From Eubacteriales bacterium (lineage in GTDB: Bacteria > Bacillota > Clostridia > Oscillospirales > CAG-272), in NCBI GenBank assembly GCA_045594605.1, contig JAZNYU010000163.1, positions 1-48,647 of the forward strand: a DNA stretch of 48,647 nucleotides, read 5' to 3'. Below are positions 34,831 through 44,092 of this stretch, in pieces (within the stretch, counting starts at the first letter, position 1; each line of letters begins with the position of its first letter). The notes beneath the pieces are model-generated. The model was not told where the DNA came from. It did not search any database and saw only the letters and a program-made list of their open reading frames with translations. The position numbers and the translations under genes were made by a program.

Positions 34831-35916
34831 ATGGACAGAATTGTAAAAATCGGTATTATCGGATGCGGCGGTATTGCAAACGGCAAGCATATGCCCGCAC
34901 TTTCCCGTATTCCCAACGCAAAAATGGTTGCATTTTGTGACATCATTCCCGAAAGAGCCGAAAAGGCTTGCGCAAAATACGGCACTCCCGATGCAAAGGT
35001 GTACGTAGATTACAAGGAGCTGCTCAAGGACGAGGAGATCGAGGTCGTTCACGTTCTGACTCCCAACCGCGAGCACGCACAAATCACCGTTGATGCTCTT
35101 TATGCAGGCAAGCACGTTATGTGCGAAAAGCCCATGGCAAAGACCGCAGCCGACGCTCGCAGAATGTACGAAGCAGCAGTGGCTACCGGCAAAAAGCTGA
35201 CCATTGGTTACCAACACCGTCAAAAGGCTCAAAGCATTTACGCTAAGAGATACATCGAATCCGGTGCGCTCGGCGAGATCTACTATGCAAACTGCTATGC
35301 TATCCGTCGTCGCGGCACTCCAAACTGGGGCGTATTTCTGGATGCCGAAGCACAAGGCGGCGGCCCCATCATCGACATTGCTACCCACTCCCTTGACCTG
35401 ACTCTCTACCTGATGAATAACTACGAGCCCGAAATGGTTGTTGGTAAGACCCACAAGAAGCTCGAGCATCCCGAGGCAGGCAACATCTGGGGTGACAACG
35501 GCGTCAGCACCACACCTCTTGAAGAGGCAGCTTGCGCATTCATCCGCATGAAGAACGGCGCTACCATTATGCTCGAAACGAGTTTGGCGCTCAACACCTC
35601 CGAGCCCATCGAAGAGGGTAGCTGCACCCTTTGCGGCAGCAAGGAAGGCTTGCAGATCAAGAACAACGTTCTCAAGATCAACAAGATCGAATTTGACCGT
35701 CAGACCGAGACCAAGGTCGACACCTCCGCCGGTGGCGTAGCATTCTACAGCGGCGCATCCTCCAACGCAATCGACGTTGAGGCTGCAAACTGGATCCGTT
35801 CCATCATCGACGACACCGAGCCTGTGGTTCTTCCCAAGCAAGCTCTGGTCGTTTCCGAAATTCTCGAGGCGATTTACGAGTCCTCCAAGACCGGTAAGCC
35901 GGTTTACTTCGCATGA
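34831..35916 (+). CDS. Gfo/Idh/MocA family NAD(P)-dependent oxidoreductase
   Basis: AAAGGAG RBS. Rossmann N-terminus KIGIIGCGGIANGKHMPAL. EKPMA motif. The track ORF start 34552 lies far upstream with no RBS. Confidence 0.85.
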   Translation: MDRIVKIGIIGCGGIANGKHMPALSRIPNAKMVAFCDIIPERAEKACAKYGTPDAKVYVDYKELLKDEEIEVVHVLTPNREHAQITVDALYAGKHVMCEKPMAKTAADARRMYEAAVATGKKLTIGYQHRQKAQSIYAKRYIESGALGEIYYANCYAIRRRGTPNWGVFLDAEAQGGGPIIDIATHSLDLTLYLMNNYEPEMVVGKTHKKLEHPEAGNIWGDNGVSTTPLEEAACAFIRMKNGATIMLETSLALNTSEPIEEGSCTLCGSKEGLQIKNNVLKINKIEFDRQTETKVDTSAGGVAFYSGASSNAIDVEAANWIRSIIDDTEPVVLPKQALVVSEILEAIYESSKTGKPVYFA

Positions 35917-36869
35917 AGGTAGCAGTACTGGGCGTATGGCACGTCCACGCCCCCGATTACACGCGTCAAGCACTGGCACACGGTGAGGTGGTCGGCTTTT
36001 ATGAAAGAGACGACGCACTTGCTGCCGAGTACCAAAAGGAATTCGGACTGCCGCGCTTTGCAACGGTAGAGGAGCTTTTGGCAAGTGATGCCGAGGGCGT
36101 TATCGTTTGCTCCGCATCCTGCCATCACGCCGAGGATATGATCCGTATTGCAAACGCCAAAAAGCACATCTTTACCGAAAAGGTGCTGACTCTGACCGAC
36201 GAGGATGCCATTCGCGTTCGCGATGCGGTAGAGGCAAACGGCGTTACGCTGACGATCTCTCTCTTCCAAAAATACGTTGGCTCTCGCATTGCCGTCAAGC
36301 AGATTGTGGATAGCGGCGAGCTTGGCAAGATCAACTACGTGCGCTTCCGCAACTGCCATTCCGGCAGTATTGGCGACTGGCTCCCCCCGCACTTCTACAA
36401 CGCAAAAGAGTGTGGCGGCGGTGCTATGATCGACCTTGGCGCTCACGGTATGTATATCATTCATTGGATCCTTGGTATGCCCGTGTCGGCATCCTCTGCC
36501 TTCACACACGCTTGCGAGAATCCTTCTGCCAATGGAAAGAACGCCGACGGTGTTGAGGACAACGCCGTTACGGTGATGTCCTTTGAGAACGGTGCAATCG
36601 CCGTCAACGAGACGGGCTTCTGCTCCAACTGCTCTCCCATCGTTTTTGAAGTGCATGGCGAAAAGGGCTACGTACGCATGGAGGATGACTATGCGGTTGC
36701 CCACGTTGTCAAACGCACGCAGGCGACTCGCGGCAAGGTTGTTGAGGTTCCCTTGGCAGAGTCCGAGGACCTTCCCATCCTGCAGTTCGTCAAAGGCAAC
36801 ATCCTGCCCGGCTGTGGTATGGACGATGCAATCGCCCTGACACACATGATGGTTATGGCTTATAAGTAA
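35913..36869 (+). CDS. Gfo/Idh/MocA-like oxidoreductase (second subunit/paralog)
   Basis: ATGA start/stop overlap with the upstream gene. MKVAVLGVWHVHAPDYTRQA N-terminus and FTEKVLT motif. Confidence 0.7.
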   Translation: MKVAVLGVWHVHAPDYTRQALAHGEVVGFYERDDALAAEYQKEFGLPRFATVEELLASDAEGVIVCSASCHHAEDMIRIANAKKHIFTEKVLTLTDEDAIRVRDAVEANGVTLTISLFQKYVGSRIAVKQIVDSGELGKINYVRFRNCHSGSIGDWLPPHFYNAKECGGGAMIDLGAHGMYIIHWILGMPVSASSAFTHACENPSANGKNADGVEDNAVTVMSFENGAIAVNETGFCSNCSPIVFEVHGEKGYVRMEDDYAVAHVVKRTQATRGKVVEVPLAESEDLPILQFVKGNILPGCGMDDAIALTHMMVMAYK

Positions 36870-36883
36870 GAATGTGATTGATT

Positions 36884-36925
36884 GCGGGGAAACCTTTTTC
36901 GCGAAAAAGGTTTCCCCGCACCCCT
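36884..36925. repeat. REP/MITE-like palindromic element, copy 1 (perfect 36-bp palindrome + ACCCCT flank)
   Basis: GCGGGGAAACCTTTTTCGCGAAAAAGGTTTCCCCGC (36884-36919) is self-complementary over its whole length. Related copies lie at 46410-46466 and 46635-46693. Confidence 0.85.
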
Positions 36926-36930
36926 GTTAA

Positions 36931-36958
36931 AGAGTGCAGAGTGAAGAGTGAAGAGTTT
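36931..36958 (+). repeat. 4 x 7-bp microsatellite (AGAGTGN)
   Basis: AGAGTGC AGAGTGA AGAGTGA AGAGTTT. Confidence 0.7.
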
Positions 36959-36963
36959 AAAAG

Positions 36964-37001
36964 AAAAAGGCTTTCGCCTCGGCGAAAGCCTTTTTGGTTT
37001 T
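36964..37001. terminator. Bidirectional terminator between the oxidoreductase operon and the convergent CDF gene
   Basis: AAAAA-GGCTTTCGC-CTCG-GCGAAAGCC-TTTTTGGTTTT. Confidence 0.85.
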
Positions 37002-37003
37002 CA

Positions 37004-38173
37004 TTAGGTTCTGTCCACGTTGAGGACCACGAAATAGGTGGGATCGATCTCCTTGACCTTTTCGGCAACTGCTGTCTTGACCTCCTCCTCACTCATTTTG
37101 ACCTCAAAGGGCACGACCACGTCAAAAATGAGGTTGGTATGCGTAGCGCCTGCCACAAAGCGGAAGTCGTGAATTTGCATCAACGGGTGTATTTTTTTCA
37201 CCGCTTCTGCGGTTTTTGCGCGCAACTCGTTGACCTGTTCGTCATCAGTCACGATGGGGTCCATGTGAATGGTTGCCTCAATGCCGCAATTCTGGCGCAG
37301 ATCCTTTTCAATGGTGTCGATCATATCGTGTGTTTCAAAAACGTCCACCGAGCCGTCCACCTCAATGTGGAGAGAGGCGATAATGCGACCGGGTCCGTAA
37401 TTGTGCACCACCATATCGTGAATACCGAGCGCGCCCTCATAGCGGTCAACGGTCTCGGTAATTTGTTTGATGATCTCCTCCGAGGGGGCTTCGCCGAGGA
37501 TGGCGTTTTTGGCTTCGTTGAGGATGCGAACGCCTGCCACCATAATGAGCACGGCAACGATCACGCCCATATAGGCATCGGGGTTCCATTTCATTTCGGT
37601 AAAGATCATGGGCAGCACGGTTGCGATCAGGACAGCACCCGTTGCAAACACGTCGGAGAGACTGTCGGCGGCGGTTGCGCGCATCACCGAGGAGTCGATC
37701 CGCTTGCCGATGGTGCGATTGAACAGTCCGAGCCACAGCTTGAAGATCATAGAACCGATCAGCACAAAAATGGCAACGGGAGAGCTATCGGGGCGTTCGG
37801 GGGAGAAGATCTGCTCAACGGAGCTTTTGAGAAGCTCAAAGCCCACAAGCATGACAAGAAAAGAAACGATCATGGAGGTGACGTATTCGATTCTTGCGTG
37901 CCCAAAGGGATGCTCGCGGTCTGCGGGCTTGGCGGCAATGCGGAAGGAGATCAGCGAGATGATCTGCGTTCCCGCATCCGAAAGGTTGTTCACCGCATCA
38001 CCCACAATGGAGATGGCGCCAAACAGAGTGCCCACCACAAATTTTGCGGCAAAGAGCAGGATGTTGACGATGATACCCGTAATGCTGACCATCGTTCCGT
38101 AGGCGGTGCGCACCGTCGGATTTTGCGCATCCTTATAGTTTTTTACAAACAAGCGCGATAAAAGTTCGGTCAT
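37004..38173 (-). CDS. Cation diffusion facilitator (CDF) family metal efflux transporter
   Basis: GDAVNNLSDAGT...ADREHPFGHARIEY motif, six TM segments and a C-terminal cytoplasmic domain. Confidence 0.85.
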   Translation of the reverse strand: MTELLSRLFVKNYKDAQNPTVRTAYGTMVSITGIIVNILLFAAKFVVGTLFGAISIVGDAVNNLSDAGTQIISLISFRIAAKPADREHPFGHARIEYVTSMIVSFLVMLVGFELLKSSVEQIFSPERPDSSPVAIFVLIGSMIFKLWLGLFNRTIGKRIDSSVMRATAADSLSDVFATGAVLIATVLPMIFTEMKWNPDAYMGVIVAVLIMVAGVRILNEAKNAILGEAPSEEIIKQITETVDRYEGALGIHDMVVHNYGPGRIIASLHIEVDGSVDVFETHDMIDTIEKDLRQNCGIEATIHMDPIVTDDEQVNELRAKTAEAVKKIHPLMQIHDFRFVAGATHTNLIFDVVVPFEVKMSEEEVKTAVAEKVKEIDPTYFVVLNVDRT

Positions 38174-38207
38174 AAAGGTTCCTTTCTTAACAGTAAGGGT
38201 GTATTTA

Positions 38208-39749
38208 TTATCCCCAATATTTGCGGTCCAGGCTGCGCAGCTGAATCGCCTCTGCTACGTGCGGTGCACGAATGGTCTCGCTGGCGTCAAGGTCGGCAAT
38301 GGTGCGTGCTACGCGCAAAATGCGGTCATAGCCGCGTGCACTCAGCCCCATGCGGTCATAAGCCGCTGCCAAAAGGGCAGAGGCATCCGCGTCCAACGTG
38401 CAATAGCGTTGAATGCCGCGCGCATCGAGCTGTGCGTTGCAAAATACGGTTGCATCCTCGCCCATGCGCTTGCGTGCAAATTCACGTGCGGCAGTCACGC
38501 GCTCGCGAATGGTCGCTGAGGCATCGGCGTGGGGATCGGGAGCAGAGATCTCGTCATAGGAAAGAGAGGGGAGCTCTATTTGAATGTCCATACGGTCAAG
38601 CATCGGTCCGCTGATGCGGGAGATGTAGCGCTTGACGTCGTCGGGACGGCAGGTGCAGGGATGTGTGGGGTGACCGAAGTATCCGCAACGGCAGGGGTTC
38701 ATCGCACCCACCAGCATAAAGGAGCAGGGGAAGGTAACGCGTCCGTTTGCGCGGGTAATGGTCACGCGGCGGTCCTCAAGGGGCTGGCGCAAAGCGTCGG
38801 TCACCTGCTTTGGGAACTCGGGCAGCTCGTCAAGAAAGAGCACGCCGTTGTTGGCAAGCGAGATCTCGCCGGGCATGGGATTGATGCCGCCGCCCACAAG
38901 ACTGACGGGGCTCATGGTGTGGTGAGGGGAACGGAACGGGCGCGCCGACAAGAGGGAGACACCCTCGGGGAGCGTTCCCGAAACCGAATGGACCTTGGTC
39001 GTTTCGATCGCCTCGGAAAAGGTCAGGGGAGGCAGAATGGTGGGAAGGCGCTTGGCAAGCATGGATTTGCCCGTCCCGGGAGGGCCGATGAGCAGGATGT
39101 TGTGTCCGCCTGCGGCGGCGATCTCCATGGCTCTTTTTGCCATGGTCTGTCCGCGCACGTCCATAAAATCCAAGGCGTGCTTGGTAACGGCATCCGAAAA
39201 AGCCTTTCGGTCGTATTCCATGGGGGAGAGGAGCTCCTCGCCGTTGAGGTGCATCACAAGCGAGCGGATGTTGGGAACGGCATAGACCGTAATGCCCTCT
39301 ACCGCGGCAGCCTCTTTGGCGTTTTCCACGGGGGCGTAAAACTCGGTAAAGCCGTGCTCCTTTGCCGCCACGCACATGCACAAAATGCCGCGCACGCCGC
39401 GCAGTTCACCCGAGAGAGAAAGCTCACCCACAATGCACTTGCCGCGCATATCCACGCTGCGGCGAATGATGCCGCTGCTGTGAAAAATGGCGCAAAGAAT
39501 TGCCGCATCAAAAGCGGAACCCTCTTTTTTGCGGTCGGCGGGGGCAAGATTGACGGTGATGCGCGCATAGGGGAAACTGAAGCCGCTATTGTAGCAAGCG
39601 GTTTTGACGCGCTCCTTTGCCTCGCGCACTGCCATGTCGGGGAGTCCGACAAGGTCAAAGCCCTCCAAATTATTCTTTTGGTTACACTCTACCGTTACGG
39701 GAAAGCCGTCAATGCCGCACAGCCCCGCACTAAATGTTGAAGATAACAT
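38208..39749 (-). CDS. comM: YifB/ComM family Mg-chelatase-like AAA+ ATPase
   Basis: Start at ATG 39749 (GGGAGG RBS). MLSSTFSAGLCGIDGFPVTVEC N-terminus. Walker A GPPGTGKSMLAKR. LFLDELPEF. C-terminal RGYDRILRVARTIADL. Confidence 0.9.
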   Translation of the reverse strand: MLSSTFSAGLCGIDGFPVTVECNQKNNLEGFDLVGLPDMAVREAKERVKTACYNSGFSFPYARITVNLAPADRKKEGSAFDAAILCAIFHSSGIIRRSVDMRGKCIVGELSLSGELRGVRGILCMCVAAKEHGFTEFYAPVENAKEAAAVEGITVYAVPNIRSLVMHLNGEELLSPMEYDRKAFSDAVTKHALDFMDVRGQTMAKRAMEIAAAGGHNILLIGPPGTGKSMLAKRLPTILPPLTFSEAIETTKVHSVSGTLPEGVSLLSARPFRSPHHTMSPVSLVGGGINPMPGEISLANNGVLFLDELPEFPKQVTDALRQPLEDRRVTITRANGRVTFPCSFMLVGAMNPCRCGYFGHPTHPCTCRPDDVKRYISRISGPMLDRMDIQIELPSLSYDEISAPDPHADASATIRERVTAAREFARKRMGEDATVFCNAQLDARGIQRYCTLDADASALLAAAYDRMGLSARGYDRILRVARTIADLDASETIRAPHVAEAIQLRSLDRKYWG

Positions 39750-39782
39750 CCGAGTCCTCCCACGTTTTTTATTTCCTCTAAT

Positions 39783-39811
39783 ATTATACAACAGACGGCC
39801 GGGATTGTCAA
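39783..39811 (-). promoter_or_regulatory. Consensus sigma-A promoter for comM-CDF
   Basis: On the minus strand: TTGACA, 17-nt spacer, TATAAT. Confidence 0.75.
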
Positions 39812-39921
39812 TAGAGAGAAAACAAATTGCGAGGCGTCGGTGGGCAAAAGAGGGCTGTTGTTTTGCGGTGGCAGGGAGAGGATATATCACAAAATATTTA
39901 CAAAGAATCGGTAAAAATCTA

Positions 39922-39950
39922 TTGACTTTTTGCTCTATATCTTGTATAAT
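39922..39950 (+). promoter_or_regulatory. Consensus sigma-A promoter for the LRR lipoprotein gene
   Basis: TTGACT (39922-39927), 17-nt spacer, TATAAT (39945-39950). Confidence 0.7.
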
Positions 39951-39982
39951 CTTTATATATGTATTTTGGCAGGAGGAAGATT

Positions 39983-40861
39983 ATGAAAAAACTTCTCGCA
40001 ATTTTGCTGGCGGCACTGATGGTATTCTCCTTTGCTGCGTGTAATGACAAAGATGACAAAAATAACAACGACGACGAACAGTACAGAGACAAAACGGTTA
40101 TCATCGACCATGAATCTCTCAACGGCGTAGATACCTTCTACTACGAGAACGTAGACAGTGAAACGGTCATCATCGTTGCTTTTTCTACCACCAACGATAA
40201 AATGCACCCCGTTCACATCCCCGCATACTTTGTAAACAACGGCGGCGAGAAGCCCTTGCGCGTTGTTGGTATTGGCAAAGAGGCGTTCAACTGCAGCTCC
40301 AGCGTTGAGACCTTGGTATTCCCCACCGAGGAGGACTACCTCAAGCAGGATGCCAAGTTTGATATGAGCGAGCATTCCTTCATCATTGCAGATTATGCGC
40401 TCAGAGAGTGCGTATCGCTCAAGTCTCTCACCCTCCCCGCATACGTTACCGAAATCGGTGCACGCGCATTCTACGGCTGCATCTCTTTGGAGACCGTTAC
40501 CTTTGAGGCAGGCTCCAGACTTGCCAATATTGCAGGCGGTGCTTTTATGCTGTGCAGCGCTCTGACGGCTATTGAGCTCCCCGCATCCCTGCAAACCATT
40601 GGCGCAGGCGCATTCTTTGAGTGCAGCGCGCTCACATCCGTTATCATCAACGAGGGCACGCTTTCCATTGCAAACCAGGCGTTCCAAAACTGTGTAGCAC
40701 TGGCAGAGGTCAAGCTGCCCACCACGCTTGAGAGTGTTGGAACCTACGCCTTCCACGGCAGCAAGCAGCTCTACAAGGACGGATTTGAATACACGGGTGA
40801 TACGGCAGCGGTTAAGGCTTACATCACAAGTCTTGCACTCACCGACCGCCCCGCAGACTAA
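39983..40861 (+). CDS. BspA-type leucine-rich-repeat (LRR_5) lipoprotein
   Basis: AGGAGG at 39971-39976. Lipobox MVFSFAA-C. Repeats such as IGxxAFxxCxSLxxVxxP occur about five times. Confidence 0.8.
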   Translation: MKKLLAILLAALMVFSFAACNDKDDKNNNDDEQYRDKTVIIDHESLNGVDTFYYENVDSETVIIVAFSTTNDKMHPVHIPAYFVNNGGEKPLRVVGIGKEAFNCSSSVETLVFPTEEDYLKQDAKFDMSEHSFIIADYALRECVSLKSLTLPAYVTEIGARAFYGCISLETVTFEAGSRLANIAGGAFMLCSALTAIELPASLQTIGAGAFFECSALTSVIINEGTLSIANQAFQNCVALAEVKLPTTLESVGTYAFHGSKQLYKDGFEYTGDTAAVKAYITSLALTDRPAD

Positions 40862-40881
40862 AATCGAAACATAAAAAAATT

Positions 40882-40911
40882 GGGGATGGCCCGCAAACGC
40901 GAACCATCCCC
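40882..40911. terminator. Terminator hairpin between convergent genes (T-run on the minus strand)
   Basis: GGGGATGG-14 nt-CCATCCCC, with AAAAAAATT on its left (a T-run for the minus-strand SleB-like gene). Confidence 0.65.
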
Positions 40912-40931
40912 ATTATGCTCCTTACCAAGGG

Positions 40932-41813
40932 TCAGTTATAAAAATCGTGGTTGCCAATGGTAAAAGCATAGGGTCTGTTCTTTGAGATCCAGTTGGTCGT
41001 AGCAATACGAGGGTTCATAAAGAACAGAGCAGTATTGGAAATAGAGTATCCTTCCAAACAAATTTTAGCGGCAATGATCGCCGATTCCGTAGGCTTGTTG
41101 TAGATCGTGCCAAAGGAAACGGGCGAGAACTGTGTGCCGTGCTTACGGTCAAAAATAACGCCGTAAATGGTGTTGGGGTAGGACTTGTGGCGCACGCGGT
41201 TGAGAACCACGTTGCCAACGGCGATCTGTCCCTTCAGGGGTTCCCCCTTCGACTCGGCAGAAATGATGCGCGCGAGCCAATAAAGGTCGTCCTCGTTATA
41301 GCTTGCCCAAGCCACCATAGGCTTACCTGCGGCAGATTGCAGCTCTACCGCACGCAAGGAATTGTTCCACGCAAGGGTGGCATTGAAGGCACGCGCCAGA
41401 GGGCGAATGGGGACGTAAAGGCTACCGCCCCAATTCTGCACCGCCTCAACGGTGTAGAAGTAGTGCCCGTTTGCCCAGATGTAAAGAGCGCCCGACTGAA
41501 TGATGAGCGTCATACCGCTTGCGGTCTTTACCGTTGCGGTGTTGGTTTTGGAATCCCAGGAAAAGCTGCATCCGTCAAACAGATTGCAAAACTTACGCAG
41601 AGGAACGAACGTGGTGTCGCGCCAAATCACGCAGTCGCCGTCCAAAATTTCAATACCGTCAAGGTAAACGTCGGTCTCTACCGATTCTTTTGGATGCGCG
41701 GGGGAGGCGGCAAAAGCGCCCACCGTCATCACACTTGCAAGCATCAGGGCGGCAATCAAAGCACAGAGCCATCGGCGAGAAGCATGCCGAGGCAGGTTGG
41801 TTGTCGTGACCAT
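40932..41813 (-). CDS. SleB-type cell wall (spore cortex) hydrolase with N-terminal copper-amine-oxidase-like stalk domain
   Basis: Start at ATG 41813 (AAGGAG RBS). Signal peptide. TFVPLRKFCNLF..WDSKTNTATV. Hydrolase_2 region LARIISAESKGEPLKGQIAVGNVVLNRV...YPNTIYGVIF...QFSPV. Confidence 0.8.
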   Translation of the reverse strand: MVTTTNLPRHASRRWLCALIAALMLASVMTVGAFAASPAHPKESVETDVYLDGIEILDGDCVIWRDTTFVPLRKFCNLFDGCSFSWDSKTNTATVKTASGMTLIIQSGALYIWANGHYFYTVEAVQNWGGSLYVPIRPLARAFNATLAWNNSLRAVELQSAAGKPMVAWASYNEDDLYWLARIISAESKGEPLKGQIAVGNVVLNRVRHKSYPNTIYGVIFDRKHGTQFSPVSFGTIYNKPTESAIIAAKICLEGYSISNTALFFMNPRIATTNWISKNRPYAFTIGNHDFYN

Positions 41814-42039
41814 ATCAATCACTCCTTTCCTGTAAATTTGCGGCGGCAAATCCACCGCATGGTACTATTATACAGGAAAAGGGAGCAAGATGCAACCCAC
41901 GCTTTTTGGCAAAAGAGGGTGGCTCTGCCACCTTGGGATAGGCGTGGCAGCAAAGGAAATCTTTCAACCCGTTTTAAGGGGATCGAGAGGCTTTTTTACC
42001 AACCATTTCCGCCCATGGGCGAAGAAAAGAGAGGACAGC

Positions 42040-42687
42040 ATGAACAAACCCTACACACACATCATTTGGGATTTTAACGGAACCATCTACGACGACGTGG
42101 ATGCCTGCATCAAAAGTGCCAACCGTCTGCTTGGCGCGCACGACCTGCCGCCCGTTACCTCCGTAAAGGATTACCGCGCGCTCTTTGGCTTTCCCATTCA
42201 GGATTACTACGTGCGCATGGGCTTCGATTTTGAAAAGACACCCTATGCCGAGCTTGCCCCCGAGTGGATGGGTTACTATTTTGAATACTCCAAGGATTCC
42301 ACCGTCTATCCCGACATCCCCGAGGTGCTGGATGCGCTTCATCAAAAGGGGATGGAGCAATGGATCCTGTCCGCCACCGAAGTCAATATGCTGCGCGGAC
42401 AGCTGGAAGGCTTGGGGATCCTCTCGCGCTTTGACGGCATCCTCGGTCTTGATAACATCCACGCGCATAGCAAAAAGGAGATCGGCGTGGCGTGGAAGAA
42501 CGCCAACCCCGACGTGTGCGCCCTGATGATCGGTGACACCGACCACGACGCCGAGGTCGCAAAGGCTATGGGCATTGACTGCGTCCTTGTTGCCGCAGGA
42601 CACCAAAACCGCGAAAAGCTTGAGACCTGCAACTGCATCGCCGTGGTGGATAGCGTAAAGGATGTATTGGGGCTGTTGCAGTTATAA
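42040..42687 (+). CDS. HAD-superfamily hydrolase (phosphoglycolate-phosphatase-like)
   Basis: Start at ATG 42040 (GAGAGGA RBS). Motif I IIWDFNGTIYDD. Motif IV MIGDTDHDAEVAKAMG. Confidence 0.75.
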   Translation: MNKPYTHIIWDFNGTIYDDVDACIKSANRLLGAHDLPPVTSVKDYRALFGFPIQDYYVRMGFDFEKTPYAELAPEWMGYYFEYSKDSTVYPDIPEVLDALHQKGMEQWILSATEVNMLRGQLEGLGILSRFDGILGLDNIHAHSKKEIGVAWKNANPDVCALMIGDTDHDAEVAKAMGIDCVLVAAGHQNREKLETCNCIAVVDSVKDVLGLLQL

Positions 42688-42798
42688 AAGCCTCCCTTTA
42701 CACAAGGGAGCCTGTGGAAAAATGTACCCGATCCTTTAGCACGGGGAGTTCCTTTTGATTTTTGAAAACAAGCGAGATTTTTGGAACGAGGTTTATAA

Positions 42799-43245
42799 AT
42801 GATTGTTTTAAGAAATTTTACGAATGCCGATGCATTCGCTTTACAAAGAATAAATCATCCAAATCTGTCAATTGAGCAGATAGAAGCTTTAATTTATGAA
42901 TGGAATCTAAAACAAGTAAACAGTAAGTATTTTGAAATGTTTGCAATATTGTTGGATGAAAATATTGTTGGAACGATCTCTCTATATCAGCACTCGGCAG
43001 AAGTCATATCAATAGGACCGGAGATTTTCAAACCATACCGACAAAAAGGGCTTGCAAAAGAAGCTATGATATGCGCTTGCACAAAAGCAAAAGAAAAAGG
43101 ATATAAGATCGTATTCCAGCAAATCAGAACAAATAATGTAGCAAGCATTGCACTGCATTCTTCTCTTGGATTTGAAACAAACGGATTGACTTATACCAAT
43201 GCAAAGGGAAATCAAGTGGCAATTTACTTAAAATCGTTAATATGA
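42799..43245 (+). CDS. GNAT family N-acetyltransferase (low-GC, probably foreign)
   Basis: Acetyl-CoA motif YRQKGLAKEAM. NNVASIALHSSLGFE. GC was 28-30% in the two 60-nt blocks I counted. Confidence 0.8.
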   Translation: MIVLRNFTNADAFALQRINHPNLSIEQIEALIYEWNLKQVNSKYFEMFAILLDENIVGTISLYQHSAEVISIGPEIFKPYRQKGLAKEAMICACTKAKEKGYKIVFQQIRTNNVASIALHSSLGFETNGLTYTNAKGNQVAIYLKSLI

Positions 43246-43246
43246 T

Positions 43247-43280
43247 AAAAAAGCCGCGCAAACGCGCGGCTTTTTTCTTT
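43247..43280 (+). terminator. Rho-independent terminator
   Basis: AAAAAA-GCCGCGC-AAAC-GCGCGGC-TTTTTTCTTTT. Confidence 0.85.
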
Positions 43281-43352
43281 TGTCACCGTTCTCCTCTTTT
43301 TCATATACTGTCATTGATATCCATCAAATCTCATGCAAAAGGAGACACGGTT

Positions 43353-43586
43353 ATGCAAATAGATGAAAGAATGTTGAAAAAGCTGTTGGCTATGGATGAC
43401 GCGCAGCTGGGTCTGATGATCCAAAAGATCGCCGCCGAAACGGGCATTGATCCTGCCGAGCTTGGCATCAACCCGCAAAGCATCGAGAGCGTGCGCTCGG
43501 CGCTCGGCTCTATTGGTGAGGATGAGCTCGAGGGCATCAACCGCCTTTATGAGGACTACCGTCGCAACAAGCGCAACCAGCACTGA
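43353..43586 (+). CDS. 77-aa acidic helical hypothetical protein
   Basis: AAAGGAGA RBS at 43338-43345. The track start 43242 overlaps the GNAT stop and the terminator, so it is unlikely. Confidence 0.6.
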   Translation: MQIDERMLKKLLAMDDAQLGLMIQKIAAETGIDPAELGINPQSIESVRSALGSIGEDELEGINRLYEDYRRNKRNQH

Positions 43587-43603
43587 TTGGGGGAGATGAC
43601 TTT

Positions 43604-44080
43604 ATGAGTGAGATCGAATCAAGCTCGCCGCCCGCGGCGGATGCAGGGGCGCTTCTTGGCAAGCTGCTATCCAACCCCGACCTGCTTCGCAACATTTCCT
43701 CGGCGATCGGCTCATCGGCAGCGGCAGGGGCAGGGGAGACGACACCTGTACCGACACCCGAAACTCCCCCGGCCGCTCCGCAAGAGGGGGCGGTGGCAGA
43801 CGGCATTTCTCGTGTGTTGAACAATCCCGAAATGATGGCAAAGCTCCCTGACGTGATGCGAATGCTCGCCCCCATAATGCAAAATTCCGCGCCCGCGCAA
43901 GAGGCATCCATCCCTGCCTCTGCCGCTCCCATCCACAATAGCGGTGGAAAAGACCGCCGCGGATGCCGCAACGATCTTTTGTTGGCGCTCAAGCCCTTTC
44001 TCTCTCCCGAGCGGTGCCGCGCCATCGATACGCTCCTGGGGCTTTCGCGCTTGGGCGACGCTTTGCAAAAAATGATATAA
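43604..44080 (+). CDS. 158-aa hypothetical protein, Ala/Pro-rich with repeated LL.NP(D/E)(L/M)(L/M) helices
   Basis: GGGGGAG RBS. Internal repeat LLGKLLSNPDLLRNI / ISRVLNNPEMMAKLPDVM. C-terminal LLLALKPFLSPERCRAIDTLL. Confidence 0.6.
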   Translation: MSEIESSSPPAADAGALLGKLLSNPDLLRNISSAIGSSAAAGAGETTPVPTPETPPAAPQEGAVADGISRVLNNPEMMAKLPDVMRMLAPIMQNSAPAQEASIPASAAPIHNSGGKDRRGCRNDLLLALKPFLSPERCRAIDTLLGLSRLGDALQKMI

Positions 44081-44092
44081 GGAGGGCGCGAT

